From assembly GCA_001655205.1 (NCBI GenBank), contig LPNZ01010852.1, positions 8,273-72,272 of the forward strand: 64,000 nucleotides of DNA. Direction: 5' to 3'. The position numbers and the translations under genes are program-made. This document shows positions 38,342-58,420 of the stretch, piece after piece. The notes beneath the pieces were generated by a model. The model saw only the letters and a list, made by a program, of their open reading frames with translations. It had not been told where the DNA came from and made no database searches. The stretch is from Lenisia limosa. Its lineage: Eukaryota > Protista > Breviatea. The stretch's first letter is position 1. Every line of letters begins with the position of its first letter.

Positions 38342-40399
38342 ATGTTGCTTTCCGCTCTTATTTTAATATAGTTTGTGGGTGTGGATTTATGGAATCTTGA
38401 ATGGGTAAGACCTTTTAAAAAAATGATAATTAATAGTCATTGAATTTTTGATTAATTAGTTCATGTAACTTACTTCAGCCTATTGTCATCTACCTTCGTT
38501 TTGGTGACACCATTTTCTCTTGGGATTGATGGTAACCCAACGTTCAATACCATAAAGTGAGTGAATGTCGTACTTTTAGCTTACGTTTCAGAGTTCTTGG
38601 AACACCAACAGATCCTAATGATGCTGCAACTGTTGTAAGCAATCAGTGTTTTTTTTTTTGCAAAGCTTTAACTAATCAGCAACATGTACACGATAAGTTA
38701 GCAGCTGAGGTTGCAACCCTCAAAGAGTTCATGGTGAACAGTACTGGTGGGTCAAGCATATGTCAATTATACAGTGTACTCCCTTCTTTTAGTTGTTCTC
38801 ACTCTTTTTCCCTCCAGCTATCTATCCAAGTTGTTGGCCGGCACGCTTTACAGGGGTTGCTGCTTTCTATAGCCTTTATTTGGATGACGAAATTGTTAAA
38901 GGTTGTAATTTAGCAACTAGATGCTCTTCCAGAAAGCAACTTTAATTGTGTAGTGTGGTGTAGAGAAGATGGATATGGCCTTATTGCTGCCCTTCAAACT
39001 GATCAAACCCCCTCTACTGTTTGTCACCTGCTTAACCACTTGTCTTATCCAACAGTTTACCTTAGATCAACATCAACAGTATGGACAGGCTGACGGAGCT
39101 GTAAGACACTTGTTTTAGTTGATGGTTTAGTTCCTACTTCACCCTGACAATTACAATGGACATCTCAAGTTCTCTATCTTGCCTAACGACAAAGATTTCC
39201 AGTTTGAGTGCAGAGTATGTAGGGAATACAAATACTAGCTTTTCACTCCGCAACGAAAATTCCAATGTGAATAACCATTCCCAGTCAGCAGTCGAAGACT
39301 CCTGGTCCGTATACGATGCAACCGTGCCTGTGGATATGGACCTTGGTACTGTCGGCCAGTACGGCGCCGTGGATACTGGAGAATGGATTGCGGTTGATAC
39401 TTTGGTTGGTTCATGGTTGACCATCATTGGGATACACTTCAACAAAGAGACTGAAATTTTTGTTAAAAGTTTCACTACAATAGGGCGATTAAATTAGTTT
39501 TTTTTTTTGTTAAATTTTTAAATATTTAATAAATTTTGCCAAGCGATTAAATTTTCAATTATTTAAGTTTTTTTGGGGGGAAGGGGGTTCCCCAGGTATT
39601 TGAATAGTACCCCATTGACTCTCTCCCCCGCTTGCCACCCAAAGCTCGCTTCCGCTTTTCCTCTTCTCATTTTGATGGAAGAACTCCCCCAAGATATTGC
39701 AGATGCCGTTTTCGATTACCATGGAGATGATGGTGCCATCCCCGCCCACCCCCTCACACCTCTTCCCAATTGCTAACTGTTTCACATGCACTCGTTATGA
39801 AAAAAGGAGAGCTACCAAACATAAGGTGCTTGGCACCCTGAGGGTATTTCCTCAAGGCGGTAAAAAAATATTTAAATATTACTTTTCCCATTTTTCAAAT
39901 ATTTGAAGTCTAAATATTAAAAACAAAATAAATATTGTAAATAAGACCTAATATTTGGAAAATATTTTATTATTATTTGATAATTTAATCGCCCTAATCA
40001 TCGCTTCAGTTATTATTACAATCCTAGCATAGGTAACCTTTTTAGAATCTCAGTGGTCGTGGAGGAATATTTGTATGTGGAAGTAGTGTCCAGGTATGTT
40101 AAAACAGGAGACAGCCATGTAAGACTATTGTTTTATCATGTTTCAGAGCGCGCATGGAGGTATTGGTCTGTGTCAGGGAACCCCTGTGAATAATGGATCG
40201 TTTGACAATCATTTGTTTGTGGTCTGGTTTTTTGCGTTATCTTCTAGGGCATCTCTGAGCTTCAACCCAAGTGAAGCAGCAATTGGATGCAATGGGGTTG
40301 GAGATAGGAACAGTGGAAACTCTCAGGTAAGTTGATAATTTCAAAAAAAAAATATTATAATTTATTACTCAGATCCGTGTTTGGCTTGACCTTAACTAA
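38342..40399 (+). CDS. Putative secreted protein of unknown function
   Basis: Signal-like MLLSALILIYLLSSTFVLV; spliced exons through ...GEWIAVDTL|NLSGRGGIFVCGSSVQ|SAHGGIGLCQG...SGNSQ|IRVWLDLN*. Some internal junctions are unresolved. Confidence 0.6.
39483..39994. mobile_element. 512-bp non-autonomous TIR element (family C), in an intron
   Basis: TA|GGGCGATTAAATTA ... TAATTTAATCGCCC|TA, perfect 14-bp TIR; AT-rich subterminal arms around a GC-richer core. Confidence 0.85.
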
Positions 40400-40561
40400 A
40401 CTAGTATGTATCAATGTTTTGACCTTACAATGTATGAATTGCAATAATATATTAACCACCTGAAAAAATACCATCATAGAGCACACCATAAGAGTAACAC
40501 ACAAGCAATTCGTATTCAGGAGGTAAAGCGTCTAGGTGTGAAAATAAGAGGTCTATAACTC

Positions 40562-42878
40562 TTACGGTGAAGTTGCTGATTTGAACACTTTCATTGCACA
40601 TGTGCTGAGGGCTGCTGCCTTTATCTCATTTGCTGACAGCCATTTGGGTGTACAGGAAGCTATTTCATAAGCAATCACAGACGTCTCACCAGTCGAGAGA
40701 ATTGGAAGTTTTGAGAGCTTGACTTGGCCAGCTTGGACTTTAATTGTCATTCGAATATGGGTAAAGACGTGGAGGACATCTGCGCGAGAAGACGTTTCAA
40801 CCTGCTTGATAAAGACGTTCCGTTGGCAAGACTGTGAAAAATAGGAATGACTTGAACAGCGTTTATGATTGAAGCAAAAACCCCAGAGAAGAACTGAATT
40901 ATCATGCTCCTCATACATCAAAAGGCGTCTCACAGAGAGATTGGAGTGCTTCTGTCGAGGACTCTTTAAAGGGAACAAATTCCTTAATAGTTATTGAAAG
41001 GCCCATCAACACTCACCCAAAGGCCTGCAAGAAGACCCTTTTTCGGTCGTTTTGTGACAAGGTAGAAAACTAAAGTAAGTTGACGTTAACACAAAGAAAT
41101 GATACCAAACCTTCATCTTTGACTTTAACAGAAATGACTGCCATTTTCACAACTTCAGTTCGTTGGGTGGTTGTTTTGACAATATTTGGGTACTAAAAGT
41201 AACAATAATGGATGAAGGTACCTTTGTGACCTCCGGGGTTGGAGAGTAGGCTCCGTCCCATTCACTACAAAGAGAGCATGAAATATCTTCAATATCTACA
41301 AAATAACGTTTGATTTGAACAAACCAGTCGCAGTGGAAGTATCGAAAACATTTTGCGACTCCTTTAAAGCCCTTAAAAAGTAACATAGAAATATGAGGTG
41401 ATTCGAACCTGCAGTATTTGGAAATTGGGCAAATGCTGCATTGCGGAGACTTTGGTGAACACTGCCAGTCAGAATATAATCCATTAACGCAACATATCAT
41501 TTGAAAATGGCGAATACTTATGAAGGTCATGAAATTAAAAAATAGTTCTGTTCAAATCCCCATACCACTCGGCTTCCCAAGTCCATTACGGCCTAAATTG
41601 AGTCAAAACTAAGTGAAACACGAGCAAGTGATTTCTATCATTTATTTATACAATCCAAATTATTGCCACCAACTTGGTTCCAGTCTCCAGGCCGCTCAGA
41701 GTCAATTAGTTTCTCACACTGCAAACTAAACTTGTAACAAATTAATCAAACACCAACGTCACTATCTTCATTCTAAGCTTGGTATCTGGGGTGCCTAAAG
41801 CCTTAACACGGCTGAAAACCCTATATTGTCAGAAAAATACCCAGTTTAGAATACCTCAGAAAGTTGCCATCAACAGCAGGGGTGCGGCGATTGTATATTA
41901 GGCTTTGAAGGGACCCCATGCAATAGGGACCCACCCCAGGTAACTGTTTCATGTCTGCTGGATTTGAGGGAAACTCTCCATTAAACTAAAAGTGTGAATG
42001 GATACGGGTCTCACCTTTTCCATCACCATGATAGCAGCATTATGTAAGTAGCCAGCTCTCCGATAGAACCCTAAACCTTTCCACATCTCATGAACTTCCT
42101 GAGAGTCACAAATAAGGTTTTCAAACCTCAAGGGTTGCCTTTGATAAAGCCTCAAAATCAGGCCACTTCTTGACCCATCTTTCGAAATATGGAGATGCTG
42201 TTTTGACCTACTCCATGAAAATTTTAGAAACTAAATAATTGAAAAGGCTTCTATTTTTTTTATTTTTTTTTTGGATATTTACCCAATAACTTAGAACTTT
42301 TTCAATTTGCAGAATATACTTATCTGGTAGTATAATAATTACAGAATTGCCCACTCACCTGCGTTTGTTGGCACATTATTTCACTAACTAAAATTTGGTA
42401 TGCGTAGACAGAGTCACAAAGTGAAGTCCTGGATTTTTGAATAGTTGGTTCTGTTAACGACAGAAGCATAATTTAAGGGGTTCTTTGTAGAACGAGGTTG
42501 AAACAGACATATTCAGTACCAAGCCATACTTTTGGTTTGGTGGAACCCTCCATGGCATAACAGCGGCTGACTTCGAATACCTACAATGTCTTTATCAGCA
42601 TCCAAGGACAAAGAAACGCCGGTTTTCTACAGCCAAACCATCCTCCCCCATACCATGCCAAAAGATCTTCAGTGAAGCTGGATTGTTCAGAAATGCTGAG
42701 ATGATGGTAGTCTTCTGAATGTCGAGGAACATCCTCTGCCTTTGTCTGTGAGACTCAAATTATCCCCAGCCTACAGGCTTTGTGACGACTTCCTTTTTAT
42801 CTTTGCGCTTCTTAGCAGCTTTTGCCATCAGCTCAAAAGCATTCCTTTTCGTCTTTCGAATGAGTTCACATGTAGTTC
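40562..42878 (-). CDS. MUTYH: Adenine DNA glycosylase MutY (N-terminus lies in or beyond the N-gap at 42879-43055)
   Basis: LLAWY...MPWR, YQILVSEIMCQQTQ (catalytic Glu), WKGLGFYRRA, HhH LPGVGPY, AVDGNFLR (catalytic Asp), [4Fe-4S] CSPKSPQCSICPISKYC, and a MutT-like C-terminus (KRPKKGLLAGLW, HVFTHI). Confidence 0.95.
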
Positions 42879-43445
42879 NNNNNNNNNNNNNNNNNNNNNN
42901 NNNNNNNNNNNNNNNNNNNNNNNNNNNNNNNNNNNNNNNNNNNNNNNNNNNNNNNNNNNNNNNNNNNNNNNNNNNNNNNNNNNNNNNNNNNNNNNNNNNN
43001 NNNNNNNNNNNNNNNNNNNNNNNNNNNNNNNNNNNNNNNNNNNNNNNNNNNNNNNTAGACAGTAGAGTCAAAAGCAGTTCAGAAGACGTTCGTTTTGGAT
43101 GAAAAGGCTGCTGTCTGCTGCGGCGAGTGTGCAAAGTGCAGAGGAGAGTGTGAAATTGTGAAATTGGTTAAAAAGTTGAGTGCGGTGGGACCTGAAGGGA
43201 ACTTGGGAGCAACTTGGGGGGAAGAGGGGTAAAAAAGGAAGAAGGCTCGGAGGCTGTCTGTCGGNNNNNNNNNNNNNNNNNNNNNNNNNNNNNNNNNNNN
43301 NNNNNNNNNNNNNNNNNNNNNNNNNNNCCGGTTCCGGTTCCAGATCCACCTCTCTTGTTCCACCTACTCTCCTTCTCCTGCTCCTCCCTCTTTCTTTTTG
43401 TTTGTCAGCACCACCACGCATACACCACATGATTATTAATTCTAA

Positions 43446-46400
43446 ATGAATGGGCTTGCGTTCATATTTTGGTGGACACTTTTGCTCATGTCTGTCAAAA
43501 TAGGCAAAGCGGAACACCATCACGATGGAGCTGTTCAACCGATGTTTGCAGTTTTTTAAATGGATTATTTGTGAAACAATTTAGCCTACTCTTTTTATTC
43601 TAATTTATTACGTAGAAATGCTCCAGCACCAACATTCAAAGGAGTTGCATTGCCACTATCACGTTTGAAAGTCATTTCACTTTTTCATGATGTTAGGTGA
43701 AAAACTAGATATTGGCAATACCCCTTGTCCTAATGGGGAAGTATGGAGTTGTTTGGTAAGAGTAATATACTATTTATTTTTTCAGGGGAAAGGTTACTGT
43801 GAAGGTTTCAGCTATTGCTCTTCAATTGGGACATGTACGGTAGGTTCTTCGTAGTTCTTTTACCCGTGGTCCAGGAAGGAGGTGAATGTTATCAGTCTTC
43901 TGATATTGACTGCCCTTATGGGTTTGTTGGAATAATATACCCTGCTTAATTTGAACTTTTGTAACGTCTTAGAACGACATGTACCGGAAAGGGGACTTGT
44001 GAAGGGTATAGCATATGTCATACTGGAGTGGGAAGGTGGGTAATGTTTGATGTTGATACTTTTCAGTTGTAATGGATTAATAAAGTGTTCAACATGTGAG
44101 ATAAACAAGCTATGTGGTTTCAATTGCTGTCAAGAAGACGAAATTTGTCTTGATGGAATGTGTCTCAGTCCTTGTCCAAAAGAAGCCACTCGATGTGGAC
44201 AATCATGCTGTGACTCATTTAACTACAAGTGTATTGATGATGTAAGAATCGTTTTCATTTTCTGAAATTAGGTTTGTACCCCTAGGAGCTGTCCAATTGG
44301 TTTTGTGCGGTGCTCCATATCGCCTCTGGTATGTTGCTCAGAAGCTGAACATCAGGTTAGTGCATTTGGCATGACAAGTAGATTTGTCCCACCTCTGATC
44401 ATGAATGTCTCCAACTACAGAAATGTCAAATTGATGAATTTCAGTGTGGCAAATATTTGTGCTGTAACCGTAGGTATAATTGTACTAAATTTGTAGTGCA
44501 AGAAGAATGCCAATACTCTCTCAATGACAGAGCCAGTTGTGTCCCTCAAACCAAGTAGGTGAACCTGATATTTACAATTCTCAGGTGTAGTCATGGATTC
44601 AGTGCTTGTGGTGATGAATGCTGTCATAATTTCCTTCAAACCTGTTATCAAAACGAATGCAAGTTATTAGAAATGATACATACTCTAGATCAAGTCACAG
44701 GTATGCAATGACCCTATTTAACGTTTAGATATTGAAAAATATCTTGAGCACCTACACTACCCTATACTATTGGATGATTTTTCCTATTCTTCCCGAAGAC
44801 TACAGTCAGGACTCTATTCTTCAGATGGCATAGGATTCACATCTTTAAAAGTGGGTTCTTTCGCTAGTAAAAATTTAGGGTTTCATTCCTGATAACAAAA
44901 TGGGGCTAAATATTGCTATCAACAGAAATCCTCAAGGTCAGTTTATTATTAGCTAAATTTTTAGGACATTTAGCCCCATTGGTTCGAAATCCTGTTGCAA
45001 CTTGGACACTATCAATTGGTTGGCATTCAGTTTTCTAACAACACATGTAGATCAATCACAAGTATCAGACATGAAAGAATCGTCAATAGTGCTAATAGAT
45101 GGTCCTTTCTCTGGGGCTTCAATTCAACAAGGTGGAACAGGCTTTCTTTCAGTAAGGTTATGTTCAAATGCTAAACTTTTCAGACCTCTGTTACTGTCAA
45201 TGGCGAATTTAGTTTGTTGCTTCAATTGTTATCCTTTAGGTCCAGCATTGGGAAATGTCACTGTTTCTTCGCTCAATTCAATTAATGAGTCCATTTTTGA
45301 GGTACAAGAGACATTTATTAATATTAGGTGGTACTTCATGACAACCATTTCTATGTCGAGTCTGACTGCTCTGTGGAAATATTCTTTAGTCTCAAAACAA
45401 ACTTTACTCTTTCTGAATTGCCACCAGTTGGATGTCCAAGCTGTTACCCTCTAGAATATGAACTGCAATGTCACAAACTTTGAAATTGAATGCATGTATT
45501 TGGTATTGTCAGGTTTCTGTTCATGTTTAGGCTACGCTCAAACCAAACTCTGATGTTGTGGTTGCTCATTTTCAGTTGCAGGAATTCAGTCGAACTGTGG
45601 AAAGTGCAGCAATATTCCAAGTGTTTTTTATGAAATGATTTTAGGTAAAAACGACTCAAACGGAATTCCCAAACTTTAATATTGGCAACCAAATTATTGT
45701 GGCTGCGGCAACTGAAAAAGCAAGTATGGTACCCCATCACAAGTTACTATCAAGCATATTCAACAGATGAAAGTTTTTCAGGAGTTTTCTCGATATTAAA
45801 GGAAAAAGCAGCACCTTTCACTGCCCAAATGCTTGACCTTCACTCGTTAACCTTTGTTCTTTGTACACCACATGTTTGTAATGTGGTAGACGTCGTTGAA
45901 GGTAGTTCATTTCTTTGTTCAACTGACGGAACAGATTTTGAATACACGATTGACTTCAAGCGTAAATGCAAGTGGGTCATTTGAGCAATGTCTAACAAAG
46001 CAGCATCATTGTACCGTTTAAGGTGCTGGAGGATGAAGACTGGGAAGATAATGCTATTGTCACACTTCGTGTTGTGTTTCAGCTGACATTGAACTCTAAA
46101 ATGACAACCGCAATAGCTGGTATTCACCAATCCAATCTTATACCACAGAATTGTCAGTAAATATTGTCCGCTCAGAATCAAATGATGGGTATACTCTAAT
46201 GAAATCAGTGTTGCTAATTGGTATGCCTTTATCTGCTAACTTTCAGGCATACTCGTATTGTGCACTTTGGTTGGAGGTGCAATTACATTTCAAGCTCTGA
46301 GGTTTGAAATATAGCGACTTACCTCTCTAGGCTTCGAATAAAAGACCAGGTTGGAGGGAGTGTTGAATGACCAAGTAGCCACAAAGTGACGCTGCCCCTG

Positions 46401-46513
46401 ACACGCAGCTTGAGATGGGGCAAGTTGGATCCTGCGCTGCCATAGAAGTACGATCAAGTTCGTCTTCAAATCTCGTGGATACCCCAGAAGTGATTATTGA
46501 TGAGCAGTACTGA
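43446..46513 (+). CDS. Cysteine-rich type-I membrane protein, unknown family
   Basis: Signal peptide MNGLAFIFWWTLLLMSVKIGKA; repeated CG..CC/C..CC units (CGFNCC, CGQSCC, CGKYLCC, CGDECC); a C-terminal TM (VLLIGILVLCTLVGGAITF); a short tail ending at TGA 46511-46513. The central exons are less certain. Confidence 0.65.
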
Positions 46514-46702
46514 GCAAGGGTTTTTTCTTAATGTTCTCTAATGTTATGTTATAGCTAATGATATGTAGTATTTAAATGTAATGTATGTCCAAATGATTCA
46601 CTCAAGTCAAAATTACATTAAGAAGATGGATTAAATACAAAAAATAAGAATACGAGGAAGCAAAACTTAAGATCCTTCCATCAAACCACATAGTTCAAAG
46701 CT

Positions 46703-49240
46703 CTAATCCTCTGGCTCTGTGAGGGGAATCTCATCCGGTCCTGTACTGTCAAGAAAAAGGCAAAAACGTGATGCTGAACAAAAGCCAACCATCTTTCAGC
46801 CTCTGCCCGAGAGCGTAAGTCTCCTGCTGAACACTACTACCCTCCTTATTCCTCCAAACTCGAATTTCGTCTTCTCCACATTCGTTATTTTGCTGAAACA
46901 GTCAGCACAGCATCAATGCTCAAACCTGTTCCTTGTCCTCGAGGCCTGAAGACAAGTCACCATCCTTGAGAGACCGCCCGGCCCGAGGCCCTCCTGCTGG
47001 TCTGGAACATAAACGAACCCTCGGTGTAAAGGCTTACGTGACAGAACTGTTAAAGTCGAAAGGCTGCCAAAACACGAACAGCAGCAGCACGGCAAAGAGG
47101 AATGCCCCCGTCATGGGCAAGGCTTTTCGAACCTTCTGTGGCGGCTCCTAGGCGGATGAGAAGATAAATATTTGAAATGGAGCGTACAAGAATGTTTTGA
47201 TACGTGTCTTCAGCGAAGGACATGGCCGAAGATGCAACTGCAGCTGGTGGGGGAGGCATCACATCAAATGTGTCTAAAATGTCAAACGGAATTCACGCAA
47301 GAGTATTTTGGAATGGGTGAGGTGTATCAATATCCACCAACCCGTAAGAGGCCGTTTTATTTGGGTGTCTCTGAGTCTCATGTTTCCTTCTTGAAGCCTT
47401 GCATTCTAAATGATGAGTTGCTACCGTATAGATATACCACCACCACAACCGGCCATGAGGCTTACTTCAGACTCCAGCATTTCCAATCGGTCACGAATAG
47501 CGAAGAAGGCCTCTTCAAGCATTGCAACATACACCTTTCTGGAGAAGGTAAAATAGAATGCAACTTGGTTTCCAACTTTTTAGTTCGGCTCAAAGCAGCG
47601 GATTGTCTATTCCTCTGCATTCGGGCGGATTCAACTGGACCTAAATAGTCAAAAACATCGAGAATGATCACAGTACCTAAATAGTCAAAAACATCGAAAA
47701 TGATCATAGGAGCAACCAACAGAAGTACTCCAAGCGGTCAAAAAGTCAGGAATACCATCAAAACTAACCATGCTTAACAACATCCCAGTAAACTCATATG
47801 ATACGACATGCATACCGCCATTCTTTGATGCATCAGGTCTGTGGGCTACCTCCATTGCAGCCTATTTTTTAGTGAAAGACTGAAAAATTGAGTTGCTTCA
47901 GACCCCATAAGATGAATCAATATTTGAAAATAGAAAGTGACCAACATTAATTACTCGCTCGCCCTGGTCAACAAGGTACATCTGAAGTTCTTCAACCGAG
48001 AACTTTGGTTTAGCAATGCGCCGGGTGCGTGCCAACTGTGTGGGGTCTAAAGTGTCACAAAACTTGTCAAGCGTGAGCTGAAAACGAAGCAATTAAAAAT
48101 AAAGTATTCGCAAAGAATAATATCATTCAAGCGCAAACAATGATATAGTCTAGGATATCATAATCATGAAAGACCCTGAGTCGCACCGTCATGAGGCTCG
48201 TCAACAGGTTGACTGATCGAAGTTACTCGCAGGGCCTCCTGGGCTCTTTTACGTGCAAAGGGTGGCGGGCACTGCAGAAGTGAGGGGAAATGAAGAATAT
48301 GCAATAAAGAGAAGTCAGAAATAAAAGAAGAGGATTATTCAAATGAAGTGAAACGGTGGGTATTGAAGTTTGAGAGATGTAGCAAGACCCACGATTGGCC
48401 TTGTTGTCGATGTAGCACTTGGGTTAGAGCACGTATCGGAGGTACTCACAAAGAACGGTACACCTTGTAGCGGGGTATTGACAACTGCTTCTTCTTTGTT
48501 GTAAGAGAAAGCAAAAGAGCATTGAAAGTAAACCTAATAATGCTCCCAATAGAAAAAAAACAGGACTGGTCAGCAAATGGTTAAGTCCTAACCTCATACC
48601 TTGAGTAGGAGGTGGATACAGGGGCTGCGCCTCCGGGTGTGGGTCGGGGAACAAACTGGTGGCAAAGGGATCACTCTCATAGGGATCGTCGGGGAAAACC
48701 GTTTCAAAAACGGCACCCTCAGAATAAGTCTGACCGCCAAGAACAGTGGTGCTGATTGAGGGCGTTTCTGGGGGGTTAGGAGACCGACCAGGACTAACCG
48801 TCAAAATCCGTCAGAGGGAACTCTTTGAAGGAAGATGTGGAGCTAGAAAATAGGGTGTCAGGGTTTTGAGGTTCGGATAAGGGGTCAAAGGCTGACAGAA
48901 ACATTGCTTCCTGGAATATTAAACTCGATTCTTCCGTTCATGCCACCTCTTATTGAAGGAAAACTACTGATTAAAATTGACAACTTACAACCTATAATTA
49001 CTATCATAAACAATCCCAATTCCCAAAATATAATCAGTATTTGAGCACCAGCTTTTGCCAGTTCAAATGCCAGGGTGTCAGACCTGAGAGTTGGTGGAGT
49101 TGGCAGGGGAGGGGTAGAACCGGTCAAACTCAACAACATCGTCATTCCTAAGTCATTAAAAGATAACATTAAAGAGACTCCAACTGTCCAGTTGATGAAT
49201 GTGCAAGGGACGCACTCTCTTCTGAGAAATGATCTTCCAT
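46703..49240 (-). CDS. Membrane-tethered bZIP transcription factor (ATF6/CREB3/bZIP28-like architecture)
   Basis: Spliced RMQRNRQSAALSRTKKKVYVAMLEEAFFAIRDRLEMLESENARLQEGNMRL fits N-x7-R-x9-L with L/I/L/L/L heptads. It is followed by TM GAFLFAVLLLFVFW, then RSLK (46965-46976) 18 residues later. The ends are approximate. Confidence 0.8.
47640..47706 (-). repeat. Tandem duplication giving two intact acceptors 36 nt apart in the bZIP gene
   Basis: Minus strand: tgatcatt(t/c)tcgatgtttttgactatttag|gt occurs twice. Confidence 0.85.
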
Positions 49241-49552
49241 GGGAATCGGAAAAGGTGGGTAGTGCAAGTTAAGCTTCAAACGGAAATATATATGTATTAT
49301 CTTTTATTTCTTGTTGATAAATAGGGGAACTGTACAGGGAAAGCTAAAGGGTGGCTTGTAAACAGGCCAAAAGTGTTTTCGAACACGCTGTAAAGGGTAT
49401 AAACTCTGGGGGAACAACAAATGGTATAACTGCCAACAATTGTCAAAATATATCCTCTATGTAAACAGCTTCCCAGGAACGTTTGATTTTTAATACAAGA
49501 AAACTAATTTGATTGAGAGGAAGAACAAACCTTTTGTCAGGTCTTTCTGACC

Positions 49553-58251
<8,699 letters not shown>

Positions 58252-58420
58252 TGCATTTGTCAATCCAATTCAGGCTGAATGTCTACCCTTATATCTGATT
58301 AATATTTGGCTGAATGTCTCCCATATTATACACTATCCGATTATCCGAGGAGAAAAGCTGTGTGGAAAAAGGAAACAATAAATCAGAAACAATGAAATCA
58401 GAACAATAAGTAAGTAGCGG

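Noticed and set aside
39405-40045. The 512-bp element truncating the secreted-protein CDS (the ORF track ends at a TAG inside the TIR)
   Set aside because: A GTTGG donor after ...VDTL and a gtaA-cctttttag acceptor remove the whole element and join in frame to four further exons.
47237-47243. IRE1-type CNGCAG loop between the bZIP and TM segments (bZIP60/XBP1-like splicing)
   Set aside because: Only one consensus heptamer, no convincing stem and no second site.
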